From an uncultured bacterium (GTDB taxonomy: Bacteria > Desulfobacterota > BSN033 > UBA1163): DNA of 64,000 nucleotides. Shown in pieces: positions 25,623 through 36,963 of the stretch (positions within the stretch are counted from its first letter, which is position 1; each line of letters begins with the position of its first letter). The stretch lies in assembly GCA_938045955.1 (NCBI GenBank), contig CALIBK010000006.1, forward strand, positions 312 to 64,311, given 5' to 3'. Below the pieces are notes generated by a model. The model saw nothing but the letters and a program-made list of their open reading frames with translations. It made no database searches and had not been told where the DNA came from. The translations under genes and the position numbers were made by a program.

Positions 25623-26654
25623 ATGTTGATCTGCAAGAAATGTTTTCTTGAATATAATGAAGAGAATAAGTTCTGCAGTGAATGTGGAGGCCCTCTTTCT
25701 CCCAAACAGATAATCTCTTCAGGAAAACAAGAACCCTCCCAGGAAGAAGAGGAAAAATCCAAAGAAAAATTTATCTGCCCTCAATGTAAAATCATTTATG
25801 AAAGGACCACTGCTTGTATTCGATGCGGAGAAGAGGTGGTGCCCCTTTCCTGTTTTCATAGAGAAAAAGAGAGGGTTATAGAAGAGGAGGTCGAGGAGCG
25901 GCCAGAATCACAGACCGTTGAAATTTCTCAGCCGGACAAAGAAGTGATGGAACCTCCCTCATCTCCTAAAATAGATAAAAGTACCTTCGAAATTTCTACT
26001 CCTCCTTCCGAACGATCTGAGAAAAAAGGATATGCGAGGACCATTTATGGAGGGGTGCTCTATCGAAGGCCTAAAAGAGATTATAAACGCCTCGGTTTTT
26101 ATCTTGGCGAATTGGTGATCATGATCATTGCAGGAGGATATCTCCTTTGGTCTTTTTCCGTTCATCTTTTTTCAAAGGAGGTTTCTTCAAAAACGAAGAA
26201 TTCTCTGGGGCCATCTGTTCAAGAGCTCTCGTCTTCCATTTCCCCATCTCCCTCCCCTTCTTCCTCTATGACCCCCCTACCAATCATTACTTCACTGGAA
26301 GAGACAGAGACGGTAAAGAAAATAAGGGAACTTCTTGAAAATATTCGGCAGGCAAATCTCCACCAGGATATGGAGTTATTTCTCTCTTGTTTTTCCAAAG
26401 AGTTTAAAGATCGAGAAGGAAAGAAAAGGGCTACCCTTGAGTCCTGGAAGAAATTTAACTATATCGAGCTCTCCTATCATTTGAAAAAATTCTCTCTCTC
26501 CTCCTCCGAAACAGCCAGAGCTAAGGTGGTCTGGTCCCTCAAATACTGTCCAAAGAGCGGAGGTTCTCCTCAAGAGAACAGAACCGTTTTAGAAGTCCTT
26601 TTTCAAAAAGAGGAAGAGGGCTGGAAGATTAAGGAGGTTATCCCGGAAAGTTAA
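25623..26654 (+). CDS. Membrane-anchored double zinc-ribbon protein with a C-terminal NTF2-like / DUF4440-like domain
   Basis: CKKC...CSEC and CPQC...CIRC ribbons, one TM (LGFYLGELVIMIIAGGYLLW), Ser/Pro linker, then an alpha+beta C-terminal domain. Confidence 0.45.
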   Translation: MLICKKCFLEYNEENKFCSECGGPLSPKQIISSGKQEPSQEEEEKSKEKFICPQCKIIYERTTACIRCGEEVVPLSCFHREKERVIEEEVEERPESQTVEISQPDKEVMEPPSSPKIDKSTFEISTPPSERSEKKGYARTIYGGVLYRRPKRDYKRLGFYLGELVIMIIAGGYLLWSFSVHLFSKEVSSKTKNSLGPSVQELSSSISPSPSPSSSMTPLPIITSLEETETVKKIRELLENIRQANLHQDMELFLSCFSKEFKDREGKKRATLESWKKFNYIELSYHLKKFSLSSSETARAKVVWSLKYCPKSGGSPQENRTVLEVLFQKEEEGWKIKEVIPES

Positions 26655-26657
26655 ACC

Positions 26658-27677
26658 TTATCTCTTTTTTTGATTTCCAAGAAATCCTTCATCCAGAATC
26701 CTTCCTGTTCCATCGAATTCTACATAATAAATAAAGGGTGAACGGAAGCCAGGAATATAAAATCTTAAGTCCATAAATTCCACCCGATGCCTTTCCCCAT
26801 TTGATTCGATAGCCTTCACGACCGGAAAACGTGCGAACCAATAAAAGAATCGAATTCCATCTGTATTTAGGGCTCTTTTGACCCAAGGAGAATTCGGTAA
26901 CTTCTCTACAGAACGAAAAAGAATATCCGAAGGGGGACTATAGAGATGATCCAGTTTTCTTAGGTAGGAACCCGAAGAAGCTTCTGGAGAAATCTTCTTT
27001 TCTCGTCTCAAATCCACAAATCCTTGATAAATGCTATGATGGGTCTCTATATAAAGGGCCCAGCGCAAGGGAGAGAGAGGTTGAGGGAGGGCTGCAACCT
27101 GAAGGATTTCTCCGTTCAGTCTCCTGGAAAAGTCCTGGGCTAACCTCAATGCCTTCTGATGGTGAAACCAGCAAAATATAATGTAAATCGTAAGTGAAAA
27201 AAGAATCCCCCGGCAGATCCACGAAGCTCCTTTTCGAATAAAAAGACTTCCGATCCATGGAAGGATAAGGATTCCTGAGAAAATGAAATCAATAATGAAG
27301 ACCAGATCCCATGAAACTCTGTTTTCAGAAAAAGGAGAGAGGATCATGGTCCCATAAGAGGTCAAAAGATCGAGCAGGACATGGCTCACCAATCCGAAAA
27401 GACTGATTAAATAGAAACTCCAGAAATAAGAACACTTCGATACTTTTGTAAACAGCCAGCCCAGGAACCCTGCATAAAAAGGAAGTAAGAGAAAGGAGTG
27501 GGTGAAATCACGATGATATTGAAGATAGAATTGATGATTGAAAAGACCCAGGACAAAGTCTATATCCGGAAAGACTCCCGCTACCATCCCTGCAACACTT
27601 CCCCAGCGCCCTATTCTCGGATCGTCGATCGCCTTTGAAATGACTCCTCCTGTAATGGTATGAGTAATGGAGTCCAC
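26658..27677 (-). CDS. Membrane-bound metal-dependent hydrolase, YdjM / DUF457 family, with an extra C-terminal domain
   Basis: N-terminus MDSITHTITGG... with His-rich membrane hydrolase motifs (HRDFTHS). Confidence 0.5.
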   Translation of the reverse strand: MDSITHTITGGVISKAIDDPRIGRWGSVAGMVAGVFPDIDFVLGLFNHQFYLQYHRDFTHSFLLLPFYAGFLGWLFTKVSKCSYFWSFYLISLFGLVSHVLLDLLTSYGTMILSPFSENRVSWDLVFIIDFIFSGILILPWIGSLFIRKGASWICRGILFSLTIYIIFCWFHHQKALRLAQDFSRRLNGEILQVAALPQPLSPLRWALYIETHHSIYQGFVDLRREKKISPEASSGSYLRKLDHLYSPPSDILFRSVEKLPNSPWVKRALNTDGIRFFYWFARFPVVKAIESNGERHRVEFMDLRFYIPGFRSPFIYYVEFDGTGRILDEGFLGNQKKR

Positions 27678-27722
27678 TCTTTTATGGTAACCTGAAGGGG
27701 TAGAGAAGGCAATCTCTAAACC

Positions 27723-28475
27723 CTAAGCCCTTACCCTTTTAAACCAGTCCACGGTAAGATCGATGGCCCGCTGGCGATGGTCCGGGTGGGTCAACCGATG
27801 ATCTGCCCCTCCAATAATATGCATCTCTTTGGGAAGGTCCAGATGGTTAAAGATGGTGAAAGGTTGTTCCAGTGGAACAAGTTCATCTTTTTCACCATGG
27901 ATGATCAGGCAATTTGAAACCATGGGAAGAAGAGGAAGGAGTCGATGTCTCGGAAGATCTTCAAAAAAAGAGTCTGGAGGAAGGGGATACTCCTCCTCTT
28001 GTTTCCTGTGGCGAAGGTCGTCCATATGAAGGGGAGTAGCCCAGATGACGACCCCTTTTATCGTCCGATCCTTCGAAGCCTGAATGAGAGAGAGAAACCC
28101 TCCAAGGCTGGAACCCACCAGTCCAATTCCACCCGTGGCTCCCAGCCGGTTTTTTACAAACTCGATCGCTGATCGAAGATCCGCCAATTTTTTACTAATC
28201 GTGTTGTCCTCCTCACCCCCTTCACTCTCTCCAATCCCCCTAAAATCAAACCTGAGCAAAGCCATCCCTTCTCTGGAGAATCTTTCCCCCAATGCCACAT
28301 ACTTTTCACTATTTTTACTGGAGAGCAACCCATGGGAGGCGATCACACAGAAAGGATTCTTATGATCGGGAAGATGGAGGATCCCTGAAAGTTTCATTCC
28401 CTCGCTCATGAAATAGACCTTTTCGGCTCTCATCTGTTTTTCTCCATTTCTATCAATCCCATTGCCCTTATTCAT
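27723..28475 (-). CDS. Alpha/beta-hydrolase fold protein (dienelactone hydrolase / esterase-like)
   Basis: GxSxG nucleophile elbow VGSSLGG. Asp and His (GGADHRLT) later. Overlaps the upstream rSAM gene by 8 bp. Confidence 0.65.
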   Translation of the reverse strand: MNKGNGIDRNGEKQMRAEKVYFMSEGMKLSGILHLPDHKNPFCVIASHGLLSSKNSEKYVALGERFSREGMALLRFDFRGIGESEGGEEDNTISKKLADLRSAIEFVKNRLGATGGIGLVGSSLGGFLSLIQASKDRTIKGVVIWATPLHMDDLRHRKQEEEYPLPPDSFFEDLPRHRLLPLLPMVSNCLIIHGEKDELVPLEQPFTIFNHLDLPKEMHIIGGADHRLTHPDHRQRAIDLTVDWFKRVRA

Positions 28476-30171
28476 CTTTCAATTTAACCCCTGCTTCTTT
28501 CATCGCCTGGAGATACTCCTCCTTCAACTTCTCTTTTGGGATTCCGTGATCGATGAAATCCCAGGGAAAAACTTCATCGAGCTCCCTTTCCCGATATACA
28601 TAGAAATCAGGATTGAGGTTGGTCACTCGAAAGGCCTCGGTCCAGTTTCCCTGAAGATGATGAGCAGCCATCAGAACTCTTCCCACCCTTCGATCTCCTC
28701 TTGAAAGAAAGGCCTGAAGGTAGGCCCATTTTGGAAGATCATGAAGGATCCCCATATGTCTTTCGCCCTGAACCCCTTTCTTCAGGACTCTTAATTTTCT
28801 CCTCAACTCTCCTAATTCTTCAAAGGGAGCCCATTGAAAAGGGGTATGGGGCTTCGGGACAAAAGGGCTTACGTTCAGAATCACCCTCCAGCCCTTCTTC
28901 TGTTCCTTTAGATGGGAAAGAAGATGGTGCTTAATCTTTTTAGAAAGAAGAAGGATTCCTTTTACATCCTCTTCGGTCTCAAAGGGGAGACCAATCAGAA
29001 AGTAGGTTTTGATCTGGTATATCCCATTCTTGATGAACATCTCGATGGCCTTCAGAATCTCCTCGTCTGAAAACCCTTTCTTGATGATTTTTCGGAGGCG
29101 CTCTGATCCTGCCTCCGGGGCAATCGCTGCGCTCTGCCCCCCTCCCTCTCTAAGAAATTGAACAAGGGATGGCGAGATCGCATCCACCCTCAACGAGGCC
29201 AGAGAGATTCCCCCCTGTTGATGAAGGATCTCCTCGCAGAGGGAGAGGAGATGAGGATAATCGGAAACGGCTGTCCCTGCCAAACCAATCCTTTTTTTCT
29301 TGGTGAGGGCCTCATTAGATAGGTTTTTGAGAACCGAAAGGCTCCTGTTTCGAAAAGGATAGTAAACGAAACAGGCCGCACAGAATCGGCATCCCCTCGG
29401 GCATCCTCGATTAAGCTCGATCAGGGCCATCTCGCTGAATTCCGTCTCCGGAGTAAAGAGAACGGATTGAGTGCCAAAGCGGTTGAGATCAGATATCCAT
29501 CTTCTTTTTATCTTATTCGGAAGACCAGGATCCGGAGTGATTTCGTCTACCCTCCCATCTTCCCTGTAGGTCACGTGGTAAAATTGGGGGACATAGATTC
29601 CTTCGATAAGAGCTAATCTCTTCAACAGAACTTCTCTTCTGTCCCGGAATGATCGGAAGGTCTTTAAAAATTCATCTATGACCTCTTCCGCCTCCCCTAA
29701 AATAAAAAGGTCAAAAAAATCACTCAGGGGCTCCGGGTTCAGAAAGAGGGCCACCCCTCCACCCAGAATAAGAGGATCGCTTTCTTTTCGAAATCTTCGT
29801 TCCAATGGAAGATGGGCCAAGTGAAGGATCGTTAAGATATTGAGAAAATCATTCTCAAAGGAAACAGAGAAGGCCAAGATATCAAATTCGGTAAGAGGCT
29901 TCTGGGATTCGAGGGAGAAAAGGGGGGTTCCAGTCTTTTGGTATTCCGGAAGATCTTCCGGATCCGGAAGGAAGGCTCTCTCGCAAACCACATCCTCCTC
30001 CTGGTTGAATCTCTGATAAACGCTCTGAAATCCAAGATTGGACATTCCGACATAATAAGAGTTGGGATAGATAAGACCTATGGAGATCTTCCCGCCCCAT
30101 GGTTTTTGATAGACCCCTTTTTCTTTCTCAAGCCTCTTTCTGGCTTTCTGGATATGCTTCCAGGAAATCAT
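28468..30171 (-). CDS. B12-binding-domain radical SAM protein (TIGR03960-like, with a DUF2344-like C-terminal extension)
   Basis: 567 aa. N-terminal cobalamin-binding-like region, CPRGCRFC radical-SAM cluster, long C-terminal domain. Confidence 0.65.
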   Translation of the reverse strand: MISWKHIQKARKRLEKEKGVYQKPWGGKISIGLIYPNSYYVGMSNLGFQSVYQRFNQEEDVVCERAFLPDPEDLPEYQKTGTPLFSLESQKPLTEFDILAFSVSFENDFLNILTILHLAHLPLERRFRKESDPLILGGGVALFLNPEPLSDFFDLFILGEAEEVIDEFLKTFRSFRDRREVLLKRLALIEGIYVPQFYHVTYREDGRVDEITPDPGLPNKIKRRWISDLNRFGTQSVLFTPETEFSEMALIELNRGCPRGCRFCAACFVYYPFRNRSLSVLKNLSNEALTKKKRIGLAGTAVSDYPHLLSLCEEILHQQGGISLASLRVDAISPSLVQFLREGGGQSAAIAPEAGSERLRKIIKKGFSDEEILKAIEMFIKNGIYQIKTYFLIGLPFETEEDVKGILLLSKKIKHHLLSHLKEQKKGWRVILNVSPFVPKPHTPFQWAPFEELGELRRKLRVLKKGVQGERHMGILHDLPKWAYLQAFLSRGDRRVGRVLMAAHHLQGNWTEAFRVTNLNPDFYVYRERELDEVFPWDFIDHGIPKEKLKEEYLQAMKEAGVKLKDE

Positions 30172-30284
30172 CTTTAGGTGATTCGTATTCCAAATCAGGG
30201 AGTTAATAAATCTATTCTATCACAAACCCAAAGAGCGAACCAATAAAAATAGACCATACGAATCGCCTTCAGATGAGTCCTTAT

Positions 30285-31505
30285 TTAATCCGCCTGCTTT
30301 CTCAAGAATGTGGGAATATCAAAACGATCCTGATCCTCTGCGGGGAGATCATAGGGTTCGTCTAATTTCAACTCGTCATAGCGTTCCGTGGCTTTGGTTC
30401 TCCTCATGAAAGTCGGAATCTCCTGATGCTTTTCCTTCATACTGAATGAAAAAGGAGGAATCTCTCGATCCTGTTCCCTATGGTTGAAGGAAGGGGTATA
30501 AATTCTCTTGAACCGATTCAGATTCGATTTTTCAAATCGTTTCTCCTCGACCTTTCCAAAGCCGGTCGCTATCACGGTCACCCGAATCTCCTCCTTCATC
30601 TCCGGATCGATCACCATCCCCCATATAATATTGGCATCCTCATGGGCCTCTTTCTGGATAAGGCTGGTCGCTTCATTGATCTCACTGAGGGTCATATTCT
30701 CTCCACCTGTAATGTTGATGAGAAGCCCCCGAGCCCCTTCAATGGATATATCCTCCAGAAGAGGACTGGAGATCGCCCTCTGGGCTGCTTCGATGGACCG
30801 ATTCTCTCCGGAAGCGATCCCTGTCCCCATCAAGGCCATTCCTGTTTCTGACATAATCGTTCGCACATCCGCAAAATCCAGATTAATGATTCCAGCTCCG
30901 ACAATGATATCCGAAATCCCCTTGGCCGCATGGTAGAGGATTTCGTCGGCTTTTTTGAAGGCCTCCAGAAGGGTCATATTCTTTCCACAGATACTGAGAA
31001 GCCTCTGATTAGGAATCGTGATCAGGGCGTCAGCGGTCATTTTTAAATTAGCCAGTCCTTCCTCTGCCTGTTTCATGCGTTTCTTTCCTTCAAAATGGAA
31101 TGGCTTGGTCACGATCGCCACCGTCAAAGCTCCCAGTTCTCGAGCAACCTCTGCCACCACTGGTGCACCTCCCGTTCCAGTACCCCCTCCGAGACCCGCA
31201 GTGATAAAAACCATATCCGCTCCTTTTAGGGCCTCACGGATCTGATCTATATCCTCTAAGGCCGCCTTCCTCCCAATCTCAGGATTTGCTCCTGCTCCTA
31301 ACCCTTTAGTAAGATTGGCCCCTAACTGCAACTTGATAGGGGCTAAATTCGCGGCCAGCGCCTGGGCATCGGTATTAGCAGCAATAAATTCTACACCCGT
31401 GAGGTTATAGTGAATCATCGTGTTGATGGCATTATTCCCTCCCCCTCCAATTCCAATGATTTTAACTTTTGCAGCCATGTTTTGGTTCTCATCGAATTCA
31501 ATCAT
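30285..31505 (-). CDS. ftsZ: Cell division GTPase FtsZ
   Basis: GGGGNNA tubulin signature, T7 loop and the conserved C-terminal peptide DIPTFLRKQ. Start placed at MIEFDE (31505) because a perfect SD AAAGGAGGT lies 4 nt upstream; the ORF track extends to 31565. Confidence 0.95.
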   Translation of the reverse strand: MIEFDENQNMAAKVKIIGIGGGGNNAINTMIHYNLTGVEFIAANTDAQALAANLAPIKLQLGANLTKGLGAGANPEIGRKAALEDIDQIREALKGADMVFITAGLGGGTGTGGAPVVAEVARELGALTVAIVTKPFHFEGKKRMKQAEEGLANLKMTADALITIPNQRLLSICGKNMTLLEAFKKADEILYHAAKGISDIIVGAGIINLDFADVRTIMSETGMALMGTGIASGENRSIEAAQRAISSPLLEDISIEGARGLLINITGGENMTLSEINEATSLIQKEAHEDANIIWGMVIDPEMKEEIRVTVIATGFGKVEEKRFEKSNLNRFKRIYTPSFNHREQDREIPPFSFSMKEKHQEIPTFMRRTKATERYDELKLDEPYDLPAEDQDRFDIPTFLRKQAD

Positions 31506-31633
31506 ATCGACCTCCTTTGATTGAAGAGATTTATGGTTTGGGGATCCATGGATTTGAGGCCCCAATCAAAATCTTTCAGACATCATTTCTTCCCTGACCC
31601 CCTGAATCCTTGACCCCGAAATCTCGCCTGAAT

Positions 31634-32860
31634 TTAAAAGAATTCTCCAATCCATTCTCTCATTCGATGGGTGACCTTACTAAAAATATTTTCCTCTCCC
31701 ACCCGAAATCGACTCTTTCCACGGTTTCGACTTCCATAGAGGACCAAACCCACTCCCGTCGCATAGATCGGACTACTGACCAGATCGACCAGACCACCGA
31801 TCCCCGTGGGGACCCCTCTTCGAACAGGAAGATTAAAAATCTGTTCCGTGAGCTCAGGCACCCCTTCTAAAATCGCACTTCCACCGGTGAGGATCACACC
31901 AGCAGGGATGAGATTCGCATAACCCATCCGGACCACCTCCTCATGCACCAGAGTAAGGATTTCCTCCACCCTCGGTTCAATGATTTCTGCCAATGTCTGC
32001 CTGGAGAGCACCCGGGGCCTTCTTCCCCCCACGCTGGGAACCTCGATCGTTTCATCCTTTCGAACCATTGAAGTCAAGGCACATCCATATCGGATTTTAA
32101 TCTTCTCGGCTTCCTCTAACGGGGTTCGTAACCCTATAGAGATATCATGGGTAATATGGTTTCCAGCTAAAGAGAAGACAGCCGTATGTTTAATGGATCC
32201 ATTAGAAAAGATGACCAGATCGGTCGTTCCCCCTCCGATGTCAATGATCGCAGCCCCCAATTCCTTTTCTTCTGGGGTGAGGACAGCCTCGCTTGAACCC
32301 AATTGTTCCAGAACAATATCAGCCACATCGAGTCCTGCCCGATTAGCACATTTAATAATATTCTGAGCAGAGGTGATCGCTCCGGTCACAATATGGACCT
32401 TCCCCTCCAGTCTAATCCCTGACATCCCGACAGGATCTCTGATCCCATCCTGGCCATCCACAATGAATTCTTGAGGAAGAACATGGATGATCTCTCGATC
32501 CATCGGGATAGCTACGGCACTGGCTGCATCAATCACTCGTCTGACATCATTGGAAGTAATCTCTTTATTCTTGATCGCGATAATTCCATGGCTGTTGATC
32601 CCTTTAATATGCCCCCCTGCGATTCCGGCATAGACCGAGGTAATATGACAATCCGCCATGAGTTCCGCTTCCTCCACCGCTTTTTTAATCGATTGGACCG
32701 TACTCTCGATATTGACGACGACTCCTTTTCGTAACCCCTTCGAGGGATGGGTCCCGAGCCCAATGATTTGAACCTGACCATCAACGATCTCTCCCACCAC
32801 GGTACAGATTTTGGTGGTCCCGATGTCCAGGCCCACCACTAATGAATCCTTTTTGCCCAT
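31634..32860 (-). CDS. ftsA: Cell division protein FtsA
   Basis: Actin-like ATPase motifs (VGLDIGTTKI, DIGGGTTD). Confidence 0.95.
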   Translation of the reverse strand: MGKKDSLVVGLDIGTTKICTVVGEIVDGQVQIIGLGTHPSKGLRKGVVVNIESTVQSIKKAVEEAELMADCHITSVYAGIAGGHIKGINSHGIIAIKNKEITSNDVRRVIDAASAVAIPMDREIIHVLPQEFIVDGQDGIRDPVGMSGIRLEGKVHIVTGAITSAQNIIKCANRAGLDVADIVLEQLGSSEAVLTPEEKELGAAIIDIGGGTTDLVIFSNGSIKHTAVFSLAGNHITHDISIGLRTPLEEAEKIKIRYGCALTSMVRKDETIEVPSVGGRRPRVLSRQTLAEIIEPRVEEILTLVHEEVVRMGYANLIPAGVILTGGSAILEGVPELTEQIFNLPVRRGVPTGIGGLVDLVSSPIYATGVGLVLYGSRNRGKSRFRVGEENIFSKVTHRMREWIGEFF

Positions 32861-33696
32861 CTCTCACCCCCTCCTTTCTCATGTCCTTCTTGAGAAACTC
32901 TTCTGACCACCATTCTCCTCACATCACTGCAGTCGATAAAAGCCACTGGAATCCCTCTCTTTCGAAGGTCTTTCAGGATCAATGAAAGCCTTTTTAACTT
33001 CTCTCTGAATTGATCCCAGCCCATTCTCACCTTAATCCCCTCGGTTTGAGTAAAAAGATGAATCCCCTCCTGTCTATCCATGTGGACCTCGGAGATTCTT
33101 TCCAGAAGTGGAACTCTTTCTTGTTCTATAGTCTTCAGCAGCTCGAGGACTTTCAGAAGAAGGTCCTTTACATCTTGCGGATCTTTTTCTACTGCCAATT
33201 TGGTGAATCCTGTAACAAAAGGAAAGTTATATCCATCCCTTTCCCCTACGGGAGAAAAGATCACCCCTTTTGAATCAAGGTAATAAAGTTCGTCGAGTTG
33301 GAGAATGGCTACGGGCTTTCTCTCTTTAATCTCAATGACCAATCTATCCGGGAAAACCTTTCTGACTCTCACCTCCTCGACCCATGGATGGGAGGAGACC
33401 TTCTTGCAAATCTCTTTCAATGAGATCGTAAAAAGATTGGGTCTCCCCTCGAGCCCAAGGAGGGAATGAAGGCTTTTCTCTTCAATCTTTTGACACCCGC
33501 GAATCTCTATCTCTTTAAGGTGGAAAAAGGAATCCTCTGAAAGGGAAAGATACAGATGGTGTCCCACTAAAAGAGAGAGCGCGAGGAGAAGAAGCTGAAA
33601 GGCTATCCGAATCGACTTCTTCAGCCATCCATGGAGCTTCTCTCCAACCCTCTCGATCTCCTTCCTTTTAGGTCTGAAAAATTTCTCTTGACTCAT
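32839..33696 (-). CDS. ftsQ: Cell division protein FtsQ (POTRA domain)
   Basis: N-terminal TM followed by POTRA and FtsQ beta domain; sits between ddl and ftsA. Confidence 0.85.
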   Translation of the reverse strand: MSQEKFFRPKRKEIERVGEKLHGWLKKSIRIAFQLLLLALSLLVGHHLYLSLSEDSFFHLKEIEIRGCQKIEEKSLHSLLGLEGRPNLFTISLKEICKKVSSHPWVEEVRVRKVFPDRLVIEIKERKPVAILQLDELYYLDSKGVIFSPVGERDGYNFPFVTGFTKLAVEKDPQDVKDLLLKVLELLKTIEQERVPLLERISEVHMDRQEGIHLFTQTEGIKVRMGWDQFREKLKRLSLILKDLRKRGIPVAFIDCSDVRRMVVRRVSQEGHEKGGGERWAKRIH

Positions 33697-34646
33697 TTTA
33701 AGATTTTCTTCTCGTTTTCGATTTTCAAGGAAGCCCCGAGGAGAATCTTTTCCACCAAGTCTTCAAAAGGAATTCCTGCATAGGCTGCGGCCTTGGGGAG
33801 AAGGCTCGTCTCTGTCATTCCTGGCATGGTATTCACATCGATGACATAAGGATTTCCTTCTTCATCGGTCATGAGATCCACTCGAGCACAATCGGAACAT
33901 CCCAGGGCCCGAAAGGCCCGCAGGCTTACCTCCTGAGCAAAGAGATACTTCTCTCGATTTAAAGGAGCGGGAATAATATACTCTGTCTCCCCTTTTGTAT
34001 ATTTTGAGTGATAATCATAAAAACCACTCTTAGGTGCAATCTCAATGATAGGAAGGGGAATATTATGGAGAACCCCGACCGTGATCTCTTTTCCTTTCAT
34101 AAAGACCTCCACCAGAATCTCTTCGTCATACTTTCCAGCCTCTTTGAGCGCTGGAAGAATCTCCTCCGCTTTCCTGACAATGGAAACCCCCAGGGTAGAT
34201 CCCTCCCTTGAAGGCTTGACGACGAAAGGAAGAGGAATGGAGATCTGATGGGCCTTTTTCTCAATCTCCTCTCGGTGGAGAACCTCAAAGGGAGGCGTAG
34301 GGATCTTCTCGTAAAGGAATATCTTTTTTGCCATAATCTTATGGAGGGCCAACGCACTGGCCAGCACCCCTGAGCCCGTGTAGGGAATCCTCATCAGTTC
34401 CAGCATCCCCTGAATCGTCCCGTCCTCTCCGTATCTTCCATGGAGAGCTATAAAGGCCACTTCAATTCTTTCCTGAAGGAGTTTCTCTGCGAGATCGTAC
34501 CCTACGTCAATTCCACATACCTGATAGCCCTTATCAAGAAGGGCCTTTATAATAGCCCTTCCTGTTTTGAGGGAAATCTCCCTTTCTCTGGAGAGTCCAC
34601 CCATTAATACTCCAATCTTCTTTTTCTTCAGAGAAGATTCCTTCAT
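33693..34646 (-). CDS. ddl: D-alanine--D-alanine ligase
   Basis: ATP-grasp fold with Ddl motifs (GVLMGGLSREREISL, HGRYGEDG). Confidence 0.95.
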   Translation of the reverse strand: MKESSLKKKKIGVLMGGLSREREISLKTGRAIIKALLDKGYQVCGIDVGYDLAEKLLQERIEVAFIALHGRYGEDGTIQGMLELMRIPYTGSGVLASALALHKIMAKKIFLYEKIPTPPFEVLHREEIEKKAHQISIPLPFVVKPSREGSTLGVSIVRKAEEILPALKEAGKYDEEILVEVFMKGKEITVGVLHNIPLPIIEIAPKSGFYDYHSKYTKGETEYIIPAPLNREKYLFAQEVSLRAFRALGCSDCARVDLMTDEEGNPYVIDVNTMPGMTETSLLPKAAAYAGIPFEDLVEKILLGASLKIENEKKILK

Positions 34647-35545
34647 TCCCCGACCACCCGCACCTCCCTTTCGAGAGAGATGCCTTTCTCTTCATAAACC
34701 TTCTTTTCTATCCACTCCATCAAGTGAAGGACCTCCTCTGCCGTCGCCTTCCCTTGGTTGATGATAAAATTGGCATGCCGCTCAGAGATCATGGCCTGTC
34801 CCAATCGAAATCCCTTCAACCCCACCTCTTCGATCCATTTTCCCGCCGGCCCCTCTTTAGGATTTTTAAAAATGGAACCTGCACTGGGATACTCTATGGG
34901 CTGGGTTCTCCTTCTTCTCTCCGAATAGGACTTGACGGCTTCAAGGATCTCCTCTTTTCGACCTCGTTTTAAACGAAACCTTCCACGAATAATCACCCAT
35001 GGATTAGGAAAGGAAAGGCAGCGATACGAGAAATGAAGTTTCGAGCTCTCCCTTTCCAAAATCTCTCCATCTTCTTTGAGGAAGGTGATCGAATGGACCA
35101 GATCTTTGATTTCAACCCCCCACGCCCCGGCATTCATGGCCAGGCCTCCCCCAACGGTCCCTGGAATTCCAAAGAAAGGTTCCATTCCTGCGAGTCCCTT
35201 CTGGATGGTGTATTGGACCAGTTGATGAAGGGAAAGTCCTGCTTCTGCTTCAACAAATTCTCCATCGAAAAAAACCCTTCTAAACCCCTGGGTTAAACTG
35301 ACGACCCATCCTCTGATCCCTTTGTCCTTTACAATGAGGTTTGTTCCTCGTCCTAAAATGAAAAGTGGAATCTTCTTTCGCTTTGCAATCTTTAGAACTT
35401 TTTTGAGTTCCTCCAGATTCTTCGGGAAAAGCACGACATCCGCTGGGCCTCCCACTCGAAGGGAGGTCAGTTGCCTCATGGGAACGTCAAAAAGAGTTCT
35501 TCCTTCAATCAATCCTTCGGCTAATTTTCTGTAATCCCTCGCCAT
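34643..35545 (-). CDS. murB: UDP-N-acetylenolpyruvoylglucosamine reductase MurB
   Basis: FAD-binding PCMH domain (LGRGTNLI) and MurB C-terminal domain. Confidence 0.9.
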   Translation of the reverse strand: MARDYRKLAEGLIEGRTLFDVPMRQLTSLRVGGPADVVLFPKNLEELKKVLKIAKRKKIPLFILGRGTNLIVKDKGIRGWVVSLTQGFRRVFFDGEFVEAEAGLSLHQLVQYTIQKGLAGMEPFFGIPGTVGGGLAMNAGAWGVEIKDLVHSITFLKEDGEILERESSKLHFSYRCLSFPNPWVIIRGRFRLKRGRKEEILEAVKSYSERRRRTQPIEYPSAGSIFKNPKEGPAGKWIEEVGLKGFRLGQAMISERHANFIINQGKATAEEVLHLMEWIEKKVYEEKGISLEREVRVVGE

Positions 35546-35577
35546 TGGATCCTTTCATTTCTTTTCAATTGAACCTC

Positions 35578-36951
35578 TTACTCCAAACGCTCCACCAGTT
35601 CATCAGCCACCTGCCAGATATCCCCTGCTCCCAGGGTGATGACCATATCGCCAGGTTGAAGGATCTTGAGAAGATGCTCCACGATTTCCTTTTTTTCTGG
35701 AAGATAGGTAGCCTCGCGATGACCTGACTCCCGGATTCCCTCGTAGAGAGCCTTGGCCTCCACTCCTTCGATTCGTTCCTCTCCAGCTGGATAGATCTCC
35801 GTGAGAATAAGAATTTCTGCGTCATAGAAGGCCGTCAGGAATTCACGAAAGAGTGCTTTTGTCCGGGTATACCGATGGGGCTGGAACACCACAATCAGTC
35901 TCCTTTTCCATCCCGTCTTCGCTGCCTTTAGGGTAGCCATCACCTCCACAGGGTGATGTCCGTAATCATCCACCACCAGAATTCCCCTCTTTTCGCCTTT
36001 AATCTGAAAGCGTCTCTGGATTCCGCTGAATTCAGCCAGAGCCTCTTGGACGGTCTGAAAAGAGAGGTCCAGTTCGAAGGCGGCGGCCACCGTAGCTAAG
36101 GCATTATAAACATTATGGAGGCCTGGCATGCGAAGAGTTAATCTTCCTAACCTTCTCCTCTGAAATAGAACATCGAAAGAGGTAGAGAGTCCCTCAAATT
36201 CAATCTCTTCCGCCCTGAAATCTGCCTGGGCAGTCAATCCGTAGGTCGTAAATCTCTTTTTCAGTTTCGGGATGAGGCTTTGAATATTGGGATGATCGAG
36301 GCACACGATGGCCAGTCCAAAAAACGGAATCTTATGGATAAACTGAAGGAAGGTCTCCTTGATTTCCTCAATCCCTTTATAATAATCGAGATGATCTGCA
36401 TCAATGTTAGTGACCACTGCGATGGTTGGCATTAATTTTAAAAAAGAGCCATCACTCTCATCGGCCTCAGCCACCAAAAACTCCCCCTGACCGAGCCTTG
36501 CATTGCTTCCCAGACTGTTCAGTCTGCCTCCAATCACCACGGTAGGATCGAGTCCACCTGCAGCTAAGACAGTGGCAATGAGAGAGGTGGTCGTCGTCTT
36601 TCCATGGGTTCCTGCAATGGCAATCCCCACCTTCATCCGCATCAGTTCAGCGAGCATCTCAGCCCTGGGGATGATAGGGATGTGCCTCTCCTCAGCCGCT
36701 TCGACCTCCGGATTCCCGGGCCGGATGGCAGAAGAGACGACCAGGACATCGGCTTCTTTCACATTCTCTTTTCGATGGCCATAATAAATCTCACAGCCAA
36801 GGGATTGTAGCCTTCGAGTGACCTCCGTCTCTTTCAGGTCTGAACCACTGATGTGATAGCCTAAGTTGAGCAGGACCTCCGCAATCCCGCTCATCCCACT
36901 CCCTCCGATCCCCACAAAATGAATGTTTTTAATCTTTCCTTTCCTGTACAT
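35578..36951 (-). CDS. murC: UDP-N-acetylmuramate--L-alanine ligase MurC
   Basis: Mur-ligase motifs [11 protein letters not shown] and [10 protein letters not shown]. Confidence 0.95.
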   Translation of the reverse strand: MYRKGKIKNIHFVGIGGSGMSGIAEVLLNLGYHISGSDLKETEVTRRLQSLGCEIYYGHRKENVKEADVLVVSSAIRPGNPEVEAAEERHIPIIPRAEMLAELMRMKVGIAIAGTHGKTTTTSLIATVLAAGGLDPTVVIGGRLNSLGSNARLGQGEFLVAEADESDGSFLKLMPTIAVVTNIDADHLDYYKGIEEIKETFLQFIHKIPFFGLAIVCLDHPNIQSLIPKLKKRFTTYGLTAQADFRAEEIEFEGLSTSFDVLFQRRRLGRLTLRMPGLHNVYNALATVAAAFELDLSFQTVQEALAEFSGIQRRFQIKGEKRGILVVDDYGHHPVEVMATLKAAKTGWKRRLIVVFQPHRYTRTKALFREFLTAFYDAEILILTEIYPAGEERIEGVEAKALYEGIRESGHREATYLPEKKEIVEHLLKILQPGDMVITLGAGDIWQVADELVERLE

Positions 36952-36963
36952 TTCGGTAAAAAT

